A stretch of 64,000 bases of DNA, taken from NCBI GenBank assembly GCA_010015805.1, contig ML978127.1, forward strand, positions 1,302,001 through 1,366,000, read 5' to 3'. A model generated the notes under the pieces. It was not told where the DNA came from, did no database searches, and saw only the letters and a list, made by a program, of their open reading frames with translations. Both the position numbers and the translations under genes were made by a program. Position 1 is the stretch's first letter; every line of letters begins with the position of its first letter. Below, piece by piece: positions 60,367-64,000 of the stretch. The stretch comes from Rhizodiscina lignyota (Eukaryota).

Positions 60367-63253
60367 ATGGCACCACTGAAGCAGAAGGAACCATCCATCG
60401 ACCGCTCGACCGAGTACGAGGACTTTATGAAAACGCTAGAGGTATATCATGAGAAGCGAGGGTATGTCCGAGGCGTTTGTGCTGTTGTAGATCGCAAGGC
60501 TAATGAAGTGGGTAGAACTACCCTTGAGCGCGAACCAAAAGTTGCGAATCGACACATTGATCTCCTCAGGCTTTACAAGAGAGTATTAGAGGAAGGTGGA
60601 TATGATAGAGCATCAGATACAAGGGGTAACCCTCTAGCATGGCGTCGCATAGCCTCTGAGTTCCTTCCTGCGAATGCGCAGGTCACAACTCTTGCCTTCC
60701 TCGTCAAAACGGCCTATTACAAGAATCTGGCGGCCTACGAAATCTCTACACATCACGACAAGGACCCACCTCCGAGAGAAATTCTTGAGGATGTTACTGC
60801 CAAGGGAGGCGACCTTCTGAATCGCACACTCGAGAACTACACTCCTAAGATGAGCCGTGAAGCTGAGAATCTTGTGAACGGAAGGGACAGCGATGGATCT
60901 GATAGTGAACAAAGGACACCAGGAAATGATAAGATGGATGTTGACGAGTTGGCAAACACACCTGGTAGAGTCACTAGAGCTCTCCGTCATGCGCCTCCAC
61001 AACGAGTCCTCTTCCAACCAGACATGTCTTCCGGTCGACAAACACGATCAGCAAATCAAGCCAACTCGCCAACTCCAGGTCAAGCGAATGGTGTACACGG
61101 CATGAGCGGCGCATCCGTCACGATCGCAAACTACGAGCCGCGACCTTTGATTCCGTCCTCAGTCCGACCTGTCACAACTCCTGCCAATAACCCTGATCAT
61201 TACAATGCGCTCCGAAAGAAATGGATAGCTACTCGCAATGCAAGGAGAGGTATCTATGCTACAAAGGGGATGATGCTCCCCGGTACTGGATTCACGGGAC
61301 CGAACATCTACATCCGAGCCCTGCAGGCATTGCAATCAGGACTTCCCGGCGAAGTGTCATATGCATTGCATCACCTCGTCAAGATTTCGCATGAGAGAGG
61401 CGACAAATATCAGTTCGGTAGCTTCATAGGTCTCGCTGAGGCTCTCATCAATCGTGTTCTCAAGGTCTCCTCACTCTTCTACGATATCGACTGGGACGTT
61501 CAGTATGACGGCTTCGAAGACAGCCACGATGTTCTGAATGGAACGACTGGCACGCCGAATCTCCTCGAAAAAATCCGCACGCAGGTACCGCTGGACGTCT
61601 CGGATGACTTGCTGCCAGAGGAATTTTTCCAAAACTTGGGGAACATCAACGAGGCTGCGCTTGTGATTCGCAACATGGTCATGCTCGAAGAGAACGCCAG
61701 CTACCTCTCTAGTATACCTCTAATCCGTGATGTTCTCACCATCGTACTTCATCTCCCTCGCCGATCACTCCTCGTTGAGCTTCGACACTACGCTCTCGAA
61801 ATTGCAGAGCAACTCACCAAATTCTGGAAAATGGGTGCCGAGGACCCACTATACCAGTCACTGCTCTTGCAATTAGAATCGGACGATCGAGGCGTCATCA
61901 TAACGACACTCCGAACGCTCAGTCGAATATCTATGATCGATCCGGACGCAAGGAATCTGCTCCACGGCGTACCACCACACATCATAGACAGCATATGCAA
62001 CTGGCTCCTTGTAGAAGATGAGGACCTCAGGAACGGCTGCCTCGATTTCCTGTACCAGTTTACCGCCGTCACAGAAAACGTCGAATTGATGACTCAGACA
62101 CTCAATTTGGAAGCACTTGTGGAACAGCTGGTGCGATTGCTAATGTTCAATGCTAATCCTAGAGTTGAGTATGAGAGACAACAGTCGCAAACCAAAAGAA
62201 TAAAAGCACCAGCTGGCCCGCCAAAGCTGTCCACCAATATCATCGACGATATCCTGAAGATTCCGGATAACCGGGAGCTCAGCTCGAACTGGTCAGTGCC
62301 CCAGCCTTATTGATTCATGTTACAGATGACTCACAATCCACAGGCTACGTACATGCTACGAAGAAGACAAGGAGGAACAAGTGACCCAGATCGCCATATG
62401 GCAGGCCTATAACGACACTTTCAATCCCCAGAAGACTCGCCGCGAAATGATGCAAGCCAAAGACTTCATCCAGAACGTCTCAGCTACCTTTGTTGGCGCG
62501 AGCGCGCATATCGATCAAGACCCGAATGGCCAGAACAAATACGTCATCAGGGGTCTGAAACCACGCGTTGTCCCAGTGGACCCGAGGACGAAGACTCCAT
62601 ATTTCAAGTGCAACTGGGTGGTGCCTGGAGATGGGGATAAGGAGACGGAATGCGGGGAGTACTATTCAAAACCGAAGGATCTATGGCAGCACGTCATCAC
62701 ATCGCACCTGGAAATCCAACAGGACGGGCGTGGTGGACCGAAGTTCGCTCCGGAGGGCGCGCCGAAGTACATATGCCGTTGGGGTGGGTGCGGAAAGTTC
62801 GCAGCAAAAGGTGGAACGACGAGTCCGTGGCTTATAAGCAAACATGTGCAAACACATATGCCGGATACGAGCTCGAAGGCAGGCCTGCGACAGAAGGCAC
62901 ACCGCAATGGAGAAGAAGAGGCCAGTCCTCCTAGAGTGGGTGCCACACGCTTCTGGCTGAACACGCAGGATGACGACGGCGGGAATGCTGCTGGCCTGCC
63001 ACTTGCTAGCGTACTGGTGCTGAGGAATCTGGCGAGGCAGCTTGCGAAGGTCGACGCGCACTCTGAAGCTGGTGTTGCGCAGGAAATGCGCATGACGATG
63101 GGAGGAGGTGGCGGACAAGTTGAGAAGGATGGGCTGGTGGCAAAGGTATTTGCGCCAGTGAAGGAGCAGCTCTACTTCGTCATGGCTTATAATAAGTCCC
63201 TGAGGGAGTATATCGCCAGTTTGACGACTGCGATAGCGGCAGGAGACGGTTGA
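60367..63253 (+). CDS. RSC9: RSC chromatin-remodelling subunit Rsc9 (ARID, ARM-like, RFX-like winged helix, C2H2-like)
   Basis: ARID (IDLLRLYK.V...GGYD, W..IA, YYKNL.AYE), PGTGF.GPNIY.R, ALHHLVKIS.ERGD, W|LR.CYEED, TQIAIWQAY, A.DFI.NVS..F, AAGLPL.S.LVLRNLAR. Introns 60462-60515 and about 62292-62343. Confidence 0.9.
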
Positions 63254-64000
63254 TGAGGCACTAATGGACGGGATGGGAATGCATGCAGCGAGGAGTCTGG
63301 CGTCCGGAAAATGCATTTGACAGTTTTTATCATGGCTTAATCTGTCCTTCCTTGCTGAGATTAGCATGGCTCTTGCCTATCGGCGCTGCTTTGATGTACC
63401 ATTAGAATTTTATCGACACTGAATTCAAGTTAAATTAGATTTGCATACCAAAGCGAAGGCCGTTATTCGTCTGCGTTATCTAAAAGTCTCGATGTCCCTC
63501 TTTTTCCTCTCGAGCATCAATCCAATTCGGTCAAAAATCTTAAAATGTACTTCTCACATACCTATTGAGCGTGAATCGACGAAAGTTAGAAGCGTCAAAC
63601 GCGAAATCTGGCGTGTTTGCACAGCATCAATGTAAGTACCTACAGGGTCCACTCACATGCTGTACGCGGACTTGGAGATTCTTCACTACTTGTGAATCAA
63701 GCTAAGTTTTCAGACGGCATTAAATCCATAATTGCTACCACGTCCCAGATCCGGATTCTGAATTTCCTTTCCTCGCCTCCTCGTCGAGCATCAGTTTGCT
63801 GATATCAGAAGCGTTGAGGCGCAATTCCCAAGTGGTTGTGAAGCATCAATTCGCTCGGGTCAGAAGTATTAACACTGATTTTATGTGTCGATCGAGCATC
63901 GGTATGATTATATCAGAAGAGTCAGAGCCCCTTTCCCGCAAATTCGCGCCAGCACTACACATTTCTGCGCAAAGAGATAGGACTTCACGCGACGCAAGGC

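Noticed and set aside
1..64000. tRNA, rRNA, CRISPR arrays, riboswitches
   Set aside because: No cloverleaf with A/B boxes, 5S sequence, regular repeat-spacer array or TPP aptamer was recognised by eye; tRNAscan-SE and Infernal would be needed to exclude them.

Overview
This is eukaryotic, intron-containing DNA from a filamentous ascomycete (Pezizomycotina; GT..AG introns with CTRAC/CTRAY branch points). Most of the window is an ordinary gene-dense chromosome arm: asparaginase-2, NEW1/elf1 ABC-F, CCCH protein, ATG12, ECM31/panB, UBC8, GNAT, BFR2, an MFS permease, IND1, DBF4, GH79, an Rgt1-like Zn2Cys6 factor, a copper-fist factor, a probable REC114 and RSC9. Two accessory-looking patches flank NEW1. 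The first (about 15.8-19.75 kb) has an intact HET-domain gene abutting a 5'-truncated, frameshifted tyrosine-recombinase plus C2H2 zinc-finger gene (Crypton/Starship-captain-like relic), then an AT-rich tail and a 27-nt poly-C tract. The second (about 24-31 kb) has a C2H2 factor, a degenerate inverted-repeat (MITE-like) element, an orphan 4-TM protein and a lone O-methyltransferase. A large modular secreted protein with a 7-copy GAPRGPG repeat lies at the left end. All calls come from reading the sequence and recalling family motifs; no searches were run, and exon boundaries were derived by hand.
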